Positions 40,139 through 53,400 of a stretch of 64,000 nt of DNA are shown in pieces. The stretch is from an uncultured virus (IMG/VR IMGVR_UViG_3300033141_001794) (Duplodnaviria; Heunggongvirae; Uroviricota; Caudoviricetes), in IMG/VR virus record IMGVR_UViG_3300033141_001794, one strand, 5' to 3'. A program made the translations under genes and the position numbers. Positions within the stretch are counted from its first letter, which is position 1, and each line of letters starts with the position of its first letter. The notes under the pieces were generated by a model. That model ran no database searches. It saw only the letters and a program-made list of their open reading frames with translations, and was not told the DNA's origin.

Positions 40139-41418
40139 TGCCTTTTAAACCAATTGTTAAAAGAACGGGTGCTTATGTTGCGAAAATAGGTTCTGATATC
40201 GGAAAGACTATCTCCGATCTTCCTGCAAAGATAGCAGCTGATAAGAAATCAAAGGTTGATGAAGAGCAACGAACAGCTTATCTCAAAGCGGTAAAAGAAG
40301 ATAGTTCGTTGTTGGATATATCACAGAAATCCTTAAAGAAAACGTATGCGGAGTATGTTAAACCTCTTGTAGACAAGGGAGTAATAAGCCAAGAGGAAAT
40401 GAATGCAAACCTGAAATCTTTTCCCATAGCAAGAGAGACTGATAAGTTAAATGACGTTTCTCTTGATAATTACAGAAAGAATTTAGGAAAGAAGTTTAAT
40501 GAGCTGATGGTTGATGCCCAGAATCGTTCAAAGAAGTATACGACTGACAAAACAATAAGCGGTGAAATGGCTCCTAAAACTCAGGTGAAAGCAGGGGCTC
40601 CGGTAGAAGACCCGCAGAGCATGAAGACTATGCCTATGCAAGGTGGCCCGGGACAGGAGCAGGGAGCTATTACTGAAACCGACATCACAGAAAGACCAGC
40701 TGAATGGGAAACTACTCAAGAAGCCCCGAAAACCCAGCAAGAGCTTATGGCGAATGTGGCGAAAGCAGACGCTTCAATTACCGGGAAAGAGGTTGAGGCC
40801 TCTACTGCCTATGGTTCTCTTCAATCCCAGGAACATCTTGATAAGATGGCTGCACAGGAGGCAAAGACAGCGAAGAAGGCTGATATGGACGAACTTGACC
40901 GACTGTATAAAATGTCTCAAATTAACTATAACAATGTAAAGGCTGGCAAGGTGCCAGAGGATATTGAACGGGCAAAAGAACATAGTGATGTTTCGTTTGA
41001 AAGACTTGTTAATGGTCTTGAAAAAAACATTGACGATATCGATGGTGAGCTTGAAGAAGATGAGGGAAAACTTAAAACAGCGCGTGAAGGGAAGCAATCA
41101 ATAAAAGGTGGTGTAGAAGTAGACTATGATGCTGTTAAAGGGGCCAAGGCAATAGTACGCAAAAAGAAAGAACAAATAACTGAGATTAAAAACAGAATTA
41201 ATAAGTTGAAAAGGGAGAGGGAAGAAGGAGAAACTGGCAAAGGCGAGAAAGTTACTTATAAAAAAACTCCTCCCGCTAAGAAACTATCTCCAAGGGGAAG
41301 AGGTACTTCAGCAGACGAGGAAGCTCTTAGAAAAGCTGAGGAAGCATTGAAGTTGAATCCCAAAGATTCTGTTTGGTTAGCTGTCCGGAAAAAAGCCTTA
41401 AGGAAACTGGGGCGTTGA
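40138..41418 (+). CDS. Internal virion protein (coiled coil)
   Basis: K/E-rich, 426 aa; coupled to the giant gene. Confidence 0.55.
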   Translation: MPFKPIVKRTGAYVAKIGSDIGKTISDLPAKIAADKKSKVDEEQRTAYLKAVKEDSSLLDISQKSLKKTYAEYVKPLVDKGVISQEEMNANLKSFPIARETDKLNDVSLDNYRKNLGKKFNELMVDAQNRSKKYTTDKTISGEMAPKTQVKAGAPVEDPQSMKTMPMQGGPGQEQGAITETDITERPAEWETTQEAPKTQQELMANVAKADASITGKEVEASTAYGSLQSQEHLDKMAAQEAKTAKKADMDELDRLYKMSQINYNNVKAGKVPEDIERAKEHSDVSFERLVNGLEKNIDDIDGELEEDEGKLKTAREGKQSIKGGVEVDYDAVKGAKAIVRKKKEQITEIKNRINKLKREREEGETGKGEKVTYKKTPPAKKLSPRGRGTSADEEALRKAEEALKLNPKDSVWLAVRKKALRKLGR

Positions 41419-44400
41419 TGCCTTTTGATCCACTGACTTACCTTGAAGAAGAAGAGGTAGAGCTTGAACAGCCTACCACTCCAGAGCCTATAGTAATCCC
41501 ACCACAGACAGAAGTTGAACCCTTTGACCCGTTGGCTTATCTTGAAGAAGAAGAGGTTGTAGAGCCGGTAGAAGAGGTTGCTGTTGAGGAAGCTCCCCCT
41601 TATGAACCATGGAAAGAATATGATCCGATTACTAAATACGCCCCCCCTCCTGTAGATGAAGAGATTGCAGAGCTTGAAGCAACCATGCCGGGGATAAGCA
41701 CTGCTCCCCCAGTACCCTTTCCTGAAGTAACACCTTCTATTGAGCAGCCAATAGCACAACCAGAACCAATTGCAAGCACCTTGGCCGTTGAACCTGATTA
41801 TGCAGAAACAGAGAGGTTAATAGCAGCTGGTCCTGAAGCTGGAGATGTGACAACCCCATTTAAAGCGTTGGCAGTAGGAACCGGCGATATTGCACAGGCG
41901 AATGCTTATGCGGCTGACTTCCTCACCAGGAAGAGAGCAGAGAACTTAAAAGAAGAAGGGTTTAAGGGGCTAAAGTCTGGTTACAAAGCTGCAGTAAGAG
42001 ATAGAGCTGGAAGAATTGTTGAACCTGAGAAAAAAGATTTTGGTGGCAAAGCAGAAATCCCAGACAATCGACTAAAATCAATCGGCACTAAATTAGACAA
42101 CATGATCAGTGAAGACTGGAAAAAGGAAGTGCATGAGGTAGCTGGCCGTGATATCTCCATGAAGAACTTTGAAAAGGACCCGCTGGCTTTTATGAACACG
42201 GTCTTTACCCTGGCAGCTAACACAGCTCCTCTTATTGCTGAACAAGCAGTATTGAGTAAGTTTGGTAATATTGCTATGCCTGGTTTTGGAATGGTGACTG
42301 GTGGGGCTGGAATGATGGCCGTTGAAACCGGTAACTTTCTGCAACAGGCTGAGATGATGGAACAGGGCCTGAACGATAAGCAAAAAAAGGAGTGGCAGAA
42401 TGTAGTTGATAAATACGCCCCTCTTTATGGCATGTCTTCCGGACTTGTGGAATACTCCGGTAATGCTGTAGGTGTGCTTGGTGCGGTTAAAGCTATCGGT
42501 AAGAAGTTAGTTGCGAAACAATTGCTTGAAAGAGTTGCTGGTGTTGTCGGCGAAGGACTGGAAGAGTTAGGCCAGGAAGCATTGATGAATCGCTTTATGG
42601 GAAAAGCCATAGAGGATATGAAGGCCAAAGATAAAAACTTTGCTCCTGACTGGAAACCTGGCAAGCTCGGTGATGCTTTTAAAGTTGGTCTGGTAGTTAG
42701 TCTTGTTCATTCCGGTGGAGTTGGGCTGGTCCAGAAGATCGTTGAACCAAAAGAAGCAGCTCCCCCTCCAATTAGCCTTAAGCCATTACCTGAAGAAAAG
42801 AAAGTATTCAAGGACATTAAAGCGCAATGGCCGGAAATGACAGAAGAAGAGCAGGACAATGCTTTGCCGGCATTTACTGAGGACCAGAAGAAAGAGCTGC
42901 TCGATATTGGTCTTAGCCAACAGCTTGATGATGTGAACGCAGAAACGATGAAAGATTTCAAGATACAATCACTAATATCTGGTTTTAATGAGCTGACCGA
43001 GAAAGAGCAAGACGAAGCGCTGGAGGGTTTAACTGAAGAGCAGAAAGCAAAGTTGCTGGACATTGGCTTTGACGCACAGGCTGAAATAGATAAAAGGAAA
43101 GAGTTTGACCCAGAGGCCTATCTTGCAGAGGAAGATGAGCCCGAAGCTCCTGACCTGGTTAAACGAGCGCAGGAAGCTATTACCGCAGATATACAGGAAA
43201 TAACTGGTGTTGATGCTACAGATGCTGTGCCAAAGATTGAACGCAGACAGGGACCCAGGACCACTCTTAAAGACCTTGAATCAGCATACAGAAAAGAGCT
43301 TCCAGGTTTCTCTGATGAACAGTATAAACAAATGTCAGCTATCCATGACAGAAGTGATTTAACCGATGTGCAGGGGAAGGCTTCTTATAATACTGGTGTT
43401 GAAGCTATTCGAGCAAATCCGAGGGAGGATTACGTATTAATTGAAGGATCCACGGATCTTGACAAATTTAAACTTATCAATGATAACAAAGGTCATAGCT
43501 ACGGAAATGATTATTTAGTGGTAGCTCACAACGGACTTGCAGAGATCGCTGATGAAGGTGGAATAGAATACCATCATTTAAGTGGTGATGAGGGGGGAAT
43601 GTACGCATACGTCCCTAAATCAGAGGTTTCCAAGGTGGTTGACACAGTAAAGAAGATGCGAGGCTTTATAAACAATATGCAGATTAAGGCACCTAATAAC
43701 AAGCTCGTTAAGGGTGGCATTTCAATAGGTATATCTGTAGAAGGATTCGATAAAGCTGATGAGCTTTTGGGAACTGCAAAAACTAAATTGGGAAGAAATT
43801 CGATTTATGTAGACGATATAATAAAAAAAGATTATAATATAGATGAGGACATAGGGACCGATTATTCGGCAGAATATGAGAAAAATGGTTTCATCTCAAC
43901 CAGGGAGAAAAAAGATGACACACAGCCTCCCGATACGGGCAAAACCAAGGAAGTCGAAGGAATTGCTCCTGGTGAACGGAAAACCGGTGACAGAACACAA
44001 AGGCGTACCGTTGGAAAAGTTGACCAGGGCAAGCAAGAAGCTAAACCTACAGAAGTAAAAAAACCGGCAGAACCTGAGACAAAATTTGGACCGGCAGTAA
44101 CCAGCGCACTGGGACAGGTAGCTACAGAACAGCTGGATTTTGACCTGGACTCTATCGAAAGGAGAATCGAAAAGGGTAAAGAAATAACCCGAGAGGATCT
44201 GGAAGGTACTACCCTGTATAATATCAAGAACCTCCCAGAGTTTAACGCAATAGTAAAACGATTTGAAGACAGCCCAGCCGAAGCTGCAGCATTTATCAGA
44301 AAGCAGATGGAGCCGGGAGAGAAGGAGGTAAAGAAAAAGGAACCGGAGAAAAAGCCAGAAGGAGTTGTTCCTCAAAAGGCAACAAAGGAGCAACAGCGAG

Positions 44401-47400
44401 AAGTTCTTGATAAAGCAGTTGTAGGCACAGGCGAGTTTAATATAGGCGAGGTGTATACTCAGGAAATAGGCCTTGAAGAACTTCCGGAAAGACCAGTATT
44501 AATAACCAAAAAGAATGAAGATGGCAGCGTTGAGGGTTATTATGTGGGAAGTGGTTCTCTTACTGAAATAAAGGTTGGAATAGGACCCGCAGCATTAATA
44601 CCGGCCAAATTTGAAGACCCTGGCAAAGAGTTGAATGTTCCTGCTTATGATCAGAAAACATTAAAGCAATATGTCCAGAAGGTGTTTAAACCTGAAGAAG
44701 CAAAGGCACCGGAAAAGAAACAGATACCAGTTAAAGAAGAAAAACCCACAGACGAATTCGCACCAGCTGAACTAATGAAGGAGAGGGATAAGCAGGCGAC
44801 TGAGATAAAGGAAAAAACAAAAGCAGAGAAGAAAAAGGAAGAGGTTAAGGGACATTTAAAAAGCGCACTTGACAAGTTTAAGGAAATTAATGATATCTTT
44901 GGAGAGGCAGGCGCACTCTCAGGAAAAGAGATTGATGAAACAACATACAGTAAAATTAAACCGTTATTACAGGAAGCGTTAAATGATATATTAAAGGCAG
45001 GTAAGGCTGCAGCTGAATTTGTAACACTTGCAATTGAAAATCTGACACCGGCAGCGAGGCCTTATTTTGAGAGATTCGTAACTAAGGATATGCAGAAGGA
45101 GGTAGAAGTTGAGCCAATTAGCATTGACGATACAAAACCATTGGAAGGAGTACAAGCCGAAGGCGTACTCCCAAGCCCTGAAGCAGTACGGAAAGAGCCT
45201 GAAAAAGTTCTTCGAGGACCTGGCGAGCCAAGCGAGGGTGTACAACGTGGACGTAAGGGACCAGCAGATGAAGAACGGCCACAACCACCTACAGGCGAAG
45301 ATGATAGCAGACGAGATGATGTTAAAAGACAAGGTACTGACAGCGCCGGAGAAGGGCTTCGAGGGCGGGGACTGGCCGAAGGATTAGTTTCTGACTATCA
45401 GATTACTCCTGAAGATGTAAAGTATTATGAAGAAGCTGGCAAATGGGCCAAGTTTGACCAGAATGTAAAAGTAATAAATCTTCTTAAGAGGCTGCAGAAA
45501 GAGGACCGGCAGGCCACAAAAGAAGAACAGGGCATACTTTCTAAATATGTCGGTTGGGGCCAGTTTCCCGATGCTTTCAATGTTGATCAATGGACAGACA
45601 ACAAGGCGCTGAAAGCCAGAAGGAAGAGATTACAAAACCTTCTTACCGAAGAAGAATACAAAGCGGCGCGAGGGTCCACACTTAACGCGCACTATACAGC
45701 ACCGGTCATTGTTGAAAAGATGTATGACGCTATCAAGCAAATGGGCTTTGATGGTGGCTTTGTGCTTGATCCTGCCTTTGGTGGAACTGGCATGTTTACC
45801 GGTGTTATGCCTGCTCAAATGAAAGCCAAGTCAAATATTACCGGAATTGAGCTGGATCCTATCAGCGCACAGATCGCAAAGCAGCTGTACCCACAGAGCG
45901 ATATCCGACAGGAGGGTTTTGAAGAGGCGAAGCTTGCTGACAACTCCTATGATCTTGCAATATCCAATGTTCCCTTTGGCGCTTACTCTGTATATGACAA
46001 GAAATATGCTAAAGAGAATTACTTTATACATGATTACTTCTTTGCAAAGTCTCTTGATAAGGTGCGGCCAGGTGGATTAGTTGCGTTTGTAACGAGTGCC
46101 GGTACCATGAATTCTACAAGATCGAAAAACCTCAGAGAGATGTTGAGTAAGAAAGCTAACTTCCTGGGAGCCATCCGATTACCTGGTGATGCTTTCAAAA
46201 GAATTGCCGGTACTGAAGTAACTACTGACATTATCTTCCTGCAGAAGCTTCCCGAAGGAGGACAGCCCACACATGCAGGAGACTGGCTTATTAGTAAGGA
46301 TACTGGAGTTAATAGCCCTGTCAGTGGTAAGCCATTAATGATAAATGAATATTTTGTAAACAACCCTGAAATGATGCTGGGGAAGGTTGTTGATGACAAG
46401 CTTCATCCTGGAAGGGCTGCACTTAAATCTACTGGTGATATTGAGCAGGGCTTAAAAAATGCTATCAGAAAATTACCGAAAGACGTAGTTACTGAAGCTG
46501 GCCGGGGAGTGAGCAATAGAGTGACTCCCTCAGAAACTATCTTCGCTCCTGATGATGTGAAACCAGGTGCTTTCACTATAAAAGATGGGGTATTATACAG
46601 TAATGAGGATGGCAAGCTTGTAAAGTCTGAAAAGGGGGGAGCCGCAGCAAAACGCATAAAAGGCCTTATCGGAATACGAGACATTGAGCGCGTTCTTAGA
46701 AAGGAAGAGCTGGCAGGAACTGACGAGGGGGCAGACAAGGCTCGGAAAAAGCTTAACACTGTTTATGACAAGTTTGTAAAATCTCATGGTTATATAAATG
46801 ACAGACCAAACGCTTTGGCTTTTAATGATGATCCTGATTATAACAGGCTCGTTGCTCTTGAAGTAGAGTATGATGCTTCGGTCCGCGAGAGAGGCAAGCT
46901 GATTAAAAAGGCTTCTGCAAAGAAAGCCGATATCTTCACTCAAAGAGTTATACCCAGACATGAAGAGGTTGAGTCTGCAAATTCCGCTAAAGACGCTCTC
47001 CTGCACTCTTTAAATGAATACGGCCGTGTTAATATTAATTACATGGCTGACATTTACGACAAAACTACTGAAGAAGTTTTAGATGAGCTGCAGGGTATTA
47101 TTTATAATAACCCTGATACCGGACAGTGGGAAACAAAAGAAGATTATCTTTCTGGAAATGTACGACAGAAGCTTGAACAGGCTGAATTTGCAGCAAAAGA
47201 CAATCCCTCAATGTATGAAGAGAACGTGCGGGAGTTGAAAAAGATACAGCCTGAAGATATTGCACCAACAGAGATATCTGCCAGAATGGGAGCTAACTGG
47301 ATCCCGAAAAATTATATAAAAGATTTTGTCAGTATTATAACAGATGCGGAATCGCAATATATCAGGGTATCCTATTCTGATAAGCTTGCAAGCTGGGATG

Positions 47401-50400
47401 TTGGTATGGAACGCTGGGCTTCAACCAACTACGCGAAGATGAATGAGGTGTACGGGACCCAGGATAGGTCGGCGCTTGTTCTTATTAATGATCTTCTCAA
47501 TTTTAGAACTCCCACCATAAGAAGAAAAGAGGGGGACGCTTCCGTTGTAGACAAGGAAGCTACAATGGCAGCTCGGGAGAAGCAGAAAAAGATCAAAGAG
47601 GAGTTTGGTGAGTGGCTGTGGTCAGATAGCGAGAGAGCCGACAAGTTGGTCCGAACTTATAACGATCAGTTTAATAATACAACCTTTCCTACTTATGATG
47701 GATCTCATCTTGCCTTGCCAGGAATAGCAGATTACCTGGAGGGGAAGCCTTTTGAACTCAGGCCGCACCAGAAAGATGCTGTCTGGAGGATTGTAAAAAC
47801 CGGGAACACTCTTCTGGCTCATGAGGTTGGAGCTGGCAAAACATTTGTTATGAGCGCTGCGGTTATGGAATTGAAGCGCCTTGGCATTGCACAGAAGCCT
47901 CTTATTGTAGTTCCTAACCACATGATGAAGCAATTGCCACGGGAATTTTTAAGCATATACCCAAATGCTAACTTACTGGTATCGACAAAAACAGACCTAA
48001 ACAAGAAGAACCGTAACCGGTTTATGAGCAAGATCGCAATGGGTAACTGGGATGGTGTTATCGTTCCTATGAGCAGTTTTGGCCTTCTTCCCATGAGTAA
48101 GAAAAGCCAAGCAGATTATATCGCCAGGGAGATAGACGATCTTGAAATAGCTATTCGACAAATGAAAGAGGAAGAGGGCGGGGGAAGGGATAATAAGCTC
48201 ATCAAGCAAATAGAGGGTATGCGTAAAAGAATGGCCGAGAAATACCAGGCATTGCTTGATAACCCGAAAGATGATACTGTTACCTTTGAAGAGCTTGGTA
48301 TTGATTTTATGATGGTAGATGAGGCCCACAACTTTAAAAACCTTTTCTTTGCAACAAAGCAGGGGCGCATTGCAGGAGTATCAAACACAGCATCCAAAAG
48401 AGCAAGTGATCTGTTTATGAAAACCAGGTACTTGAATAAGCTCAGACCCGGGCGAAACCTTGTTTTCTCCACAGGCACACCGATTGATAATACTATTGCA
48501 GAGATGTACACTATGCAGCGCTATCTCCAAATGGAATCTTTGGAACAGACAGGCCTAACCCATTTTGACGCATGGACGAGCATGTTTGCAGAGCCTGTTA
48601 CTGGCTGGGAGCTTTCCCCTGATGGAAAGCGAATGAGGGAACATACCAGAATGAGAAGCTTTGTAAACCTCTTCCAGTTAAACCAGATGTTCAGGGAGGT
48701 TGCTGATGTTAAGGTTCAGAAGGATCTGAACTTAAAAGTACCGAAACAGAAAACCGGTGGACCACAGATAGTTGCAGCAAAAGCTTCTGAACATTTAAAG
48801 GTGTATGTTGATTCTATTATAGCGCGTATGGAGAACATGCCTCCGGATCCCCGCGAGGACAATTTTCTTAAAGCTACGAATGATGGGCGCAAGGCAGCGC
48901 TGGATATGAGGCTGATTGATCCGCACCTTCCAGATAACCCTGACAGCAAGATTAATAAAGCCATTGAAAACATATTTGATATTTGGAAAAAGACCAAAGC
49001 TGATAAGTCTACTCAGATTGTATTCTGTGATCTGTCCACTCCTTCCAAAGAGAGAAGGAAGCTCAAAGAAGAGCTGGAAGAACGAGTGAAACAGGCAGAG
49101 GCAGAAGGACGCGAGCCAGATGTAACACAAGATGAGTGGCTTTCTCTTCAATCGAACTTCTCGGTATATGACGATGTAAGAGAAAAGCTTATTGAAATGG
49201 GTGTTCCCGAGAAAGAAATTGCTTTTATCCATGACTATAACTCTGATGAGAAAAAGGCCAGCCTGTTTAAAAAGGTGAACGATGGCGATATCAGGGTGGT
49301 AATGGGATCTACTGCGAAAATGGGCGAAGGCACCAATATGCAGGAACGGGCTTATGCTCTTCATCATTTGGATGCACCATGGAAACCAGGATCTATTAAG
49401 CAGCGCGATGGTCGTATTATCCGACAGGGTAACACCAATGAGGAAGTAGAGACTTTCCGGTATGTGACCGAGCAGAGCTTTGATGCTTATTTGTGGCAGA
49501 TTCTTGAAAACAAGGCACTTATGATAGAACAGGTGCTTACCGATCCGACCAAGCAAAGGGTTGATGATGTTAGCATGGTGGCTCTTTCTGCAGCACAGGC
49601 AAAGGCAGCGGCAAGCGGGAATCCCCTTCAGATGGAAAAGGTCAAGGTTGATTCTGATGTGTCGAGACTTCAGGCTATGAAGAAGTATCATGACAGGGAC
49701 CAATTCAGATATAAACGTGAAGCTAAAGAGCTACCGGACCGGATTGCCATTAAAAAGAAGAAGGTTGCTGGTGTTGAAAAGGACCTGAAGAAGAGAACAG
49801 ACACTCTTAAGGGTGATAAATTCAAAGCCATTATTGATGAAATAGAATATGATAAGCGTAGTGCTGCGGATTTGGCAATGGAAAAAATTGTCAAGAAGAG
49901 GCCTGGTCCCCAAGATGCACTTGGAAACATTGGTGGTTTTGATTTTACTATGAGATTTGATAAGCTTGACCCTACTTTGTTTGAATTTATTGTTAAAGGT
50001 GAAAATGATTACCCGACAGGATTTACAAAGACAGCTGCAGGAGGGTTGTCGAGAATGGTAAATGTTGTTTCCGGTTTAGAGGACCAGATTAAGACAGAGG
50101 AAAAAGGTATATCCAAGCTGGAAAGGGAACTTAATACCGTTAAAGAACAGGTTGGAAAGCCGTTTGATAAAGAGGAAGAGCTTACAAAGCTCGTTAAGCG
50201 CCAGGAGGAAGTCTTTAAGGAAATCCAGAACGAGGGACAGGAAGACACTGTTGAGGAAATTCTTGATGAAATGGGCGTTACTGACGTTGAAACCAAAGAG
50301 CCTGCAGTAGATGATACCGATGTAGGAATTAATGTTGAGGACTATAACTTCGACAAGAAAACTTACACTACTCCCCAGTGGGAAAAGAAGTATTATGGTA

Positions 50401-53400
50401 AGTATAAGGGTAATGATTTTGTAACCGATGGCACTCTTTTTTATCGGGACTACTGGGGCCTTACAGAGGCGTTCAAAGAAAGCGGGGAAGGCACAGAACT
50501 AACTCCAGAGAATCTTGAAAAGGCTATTCCGGAGCCTGTTGATAGAGAAGCGAAGCCTTTAAAGGTATATGCGCTTGATAAGAAGATAGACGCAGTTTTG
50601 TTTTATGATGGTGAAGCTTACAGGTCTATCGACAAAAAACTATATAATACTATCCGTTTGCAATTCCCAGGCGCTACTTTTAAATTTGGACCAGAAGAAC
50701 GCTCTCCAATTAGCTTTTATCGCGACGATGTGTTTGAGGGCGTAGTAATGCCCATACTCCCAAACGAAAACACTCGTGCCGTTATCAAAAACCTTGAATC
50801 AGACAAAGGTACCGGAGGCAAACAGCTCTATAGCATGACCGAGAGTGAGGCCCGGGACAAGAAGCCAAAGACTCTTCCTGAAGAAACGGTCACTGATATA
50901 GTTAAATCCATGGGATCGCCAGAAGCTACCCGTAACCAGCTCTTAACCGAAGCTAACGCTAAAGAGGGGGAAAAGTTTTTAACGCGGTGGGAGCGTATCT
51001 ATCAAGGCGCAAAAGACGCTACAGTATCAATCCGGAAGGTCCAGAAGATATTTGAAAAGGAATTGGGCGTAAAGGTAACTCCCATCAATGATATTGAATA
51101 TGCCATTGATAGAGTGCGGGGATCCGGTGGAACTGCTAAACAGTTTGTTGCTGATTGGCTCTCTCCTATATTTGAAGAGATAAGGAAATCCACAAAAGAG
51201 GTAAGGCTGCACCGAAAGGCTGGGCAAATTGGAAAGATATCAAGGAACCTGGAACAATACCTGATAGCCAAGCGCCAGGTGTGGTTGTATGAGAACAAGC
51301 CGAAGTATGACGATGTTGGATATACGCAGGAATGGAGCCAGGGTGTTATCGATGATGTTGAAAGCGGAAAAACTCCGGATGCGGCATTGATACAGGCCAG
51401 TGCTAATAAGATATGGAACTATTCTGTTAAGCTGAAGGGTATTAAAAAATCATTTGGCATTATAGATGAAGAGTTTGAAAAGATGTTGAGAGAGCCTTAT
51501 TACGTTCCATTCTTCAGGGATGTTGAGAAAAAGGTTGTCCCGGGGATCCGTGGGGAGAAGTTTACTGCAATGTCGAAGGGCATTAAAAGGATTAAGGGCT
51601 CGAAATCAGGCAGGAATATCAGGAATGTCTTTGCTAATCTTATTACCATTACCAATGAAACTCTGGTAAATGCAGCACGAAACGAGGTTTTTAACGGTAT
51701 TATTAAAATGTCAGAGGAGTCTACTGAGATAGGCGAACTTATTAAAAAGCTTCCTCCGCGCTGGAAGGTAGCCGGGACCATAGAGCATAGACATGAAATC
51801 GATAAGTTTCTCTCTCCTGAATTGAGTAAGATTATTGAAGAGCTGGGCGCGAAAGAGGGCGTTAAAATAAAGATGGGGAAATATACCGGCTCTTTTAGCA
51901 GCGAGAATAAAGAAGTAATGACCATGTTCGGAGCGACTGAATCTACCAAAGCGCATGAATTAGGACATTTGATTGATCAGGATGTTATTCGTCTGCAGGA
52001 TATGGTCCGGAAATATCCCAAAGAAATGGTAGCGGTTGGATCCACCAGGTATGAAGGAGGGGAAGCAACCCAGTCTTATATAAGATATGTGCATAAGAAC
52101 GAAGAGCTTGTTGCAGAATTCGTGTCTATGTACATTACTGACCGGACCAGGCTTGCAGAACTGGCGCCAGATGCTATAAGAGACTTTGAGGGTAGGATCC
52201 AGAAGCATAAGACGCTGAAGAAATTGATAAAGCTTTACCCGAGCAGGCGCAAAGCAATTGAGAAGATTACAGAAAAGAACTGGATTCTTGATACTTCCAT
52301 ACCCAGTGACGAGGACGTTATAAGCGGTTTTGTTGGTGGAAAGATGGAGCATTACAGGGTGCCGGCTGAACTTGCAAGTGCAGTTAAGAACCTTCATCCT
52401 GAACAGATCCCCATAGCGCTGCGAGTACTGACAATCCCTACTTCTATATTAAGAAAGGGCGCGGTCCAGTTTAATGTTGACTTCTTTATTCCCAACTCCC
52501 TTAGAGATCAGATCGGTGCAACATTTACAAGAAAGTTTTATCCTGTAGTCGATTATCTCGCAGGCCTGAAGCATTACATAGCACAGGACGAGGTATACAA
52601 GCAATATCTGAGAATGGGTGGTGCAATGGATTCTCCTGAATCCGGTGTTGTACAATTACAGAGAAGCGCAAAGGAGCTGATCTACGGATCCAAGCGCGGT
52701 GAATTCTTTGACCCTCATTACTGGAAAGAAACTGGTTTAATGCGGAAAACGCTGGATATAACGAGTTATTTTGCAAAGGCACCATTCAGGGCGATTGCTA
52801 AACTTGGAGAAGCTTCAGAGCAGGCTACAAGACTCGGTGTATTTGAGAGAGGGTTGAAAAGCGGGGAAAATGTTATGGCTGCAATTCATTCGGGCAGACA
52901 GGCTTCTTTAGAGTTCCAGCGGTTTGGAACACATGGGCGCGTACCTAATCAGATAGTTCCTTTTATAAATGTTGCGCTCGAGGGAGTGGATCGGGCGATC
53001 CGTTCGGCCTATGGGAACCCGAAACGGTTTGCCATGGCAGCATTTACCTATGGTATTGCCCCGACAATTGCACTTACTATATGGAATACTACTGGTGATG
53101 ATGAAGACGAATATAAGAATGTCAGTGACAGGGACAAAGAAAATAATTACATTATAATGAGGCACGATGGTACCGGCCGTTATTGGAAAATACCGAAGTC
53201 CCATATAGTCAGAATGATAGCGAACCCTTTTCAATTAGCGTGGGAACGGTCTATAGGTACTTCAATGGGTAGCTGGCACGATCCGGCAAGTACTGTCTGG
53301 AGAGCTGCGAGCCCGATTGATGGACTGGGCGCTATTGTTCCAACAGGCTTGAAGCTGCTCATTGAACCTATTGCGAATTATGACTTCTATTGGCGACAGA

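Noticed and set aside
44869..44900. TTGACA upstream of the nested TnpV-like ORF
   Set aside because: No convincing -10 at 16-18 nt spacing
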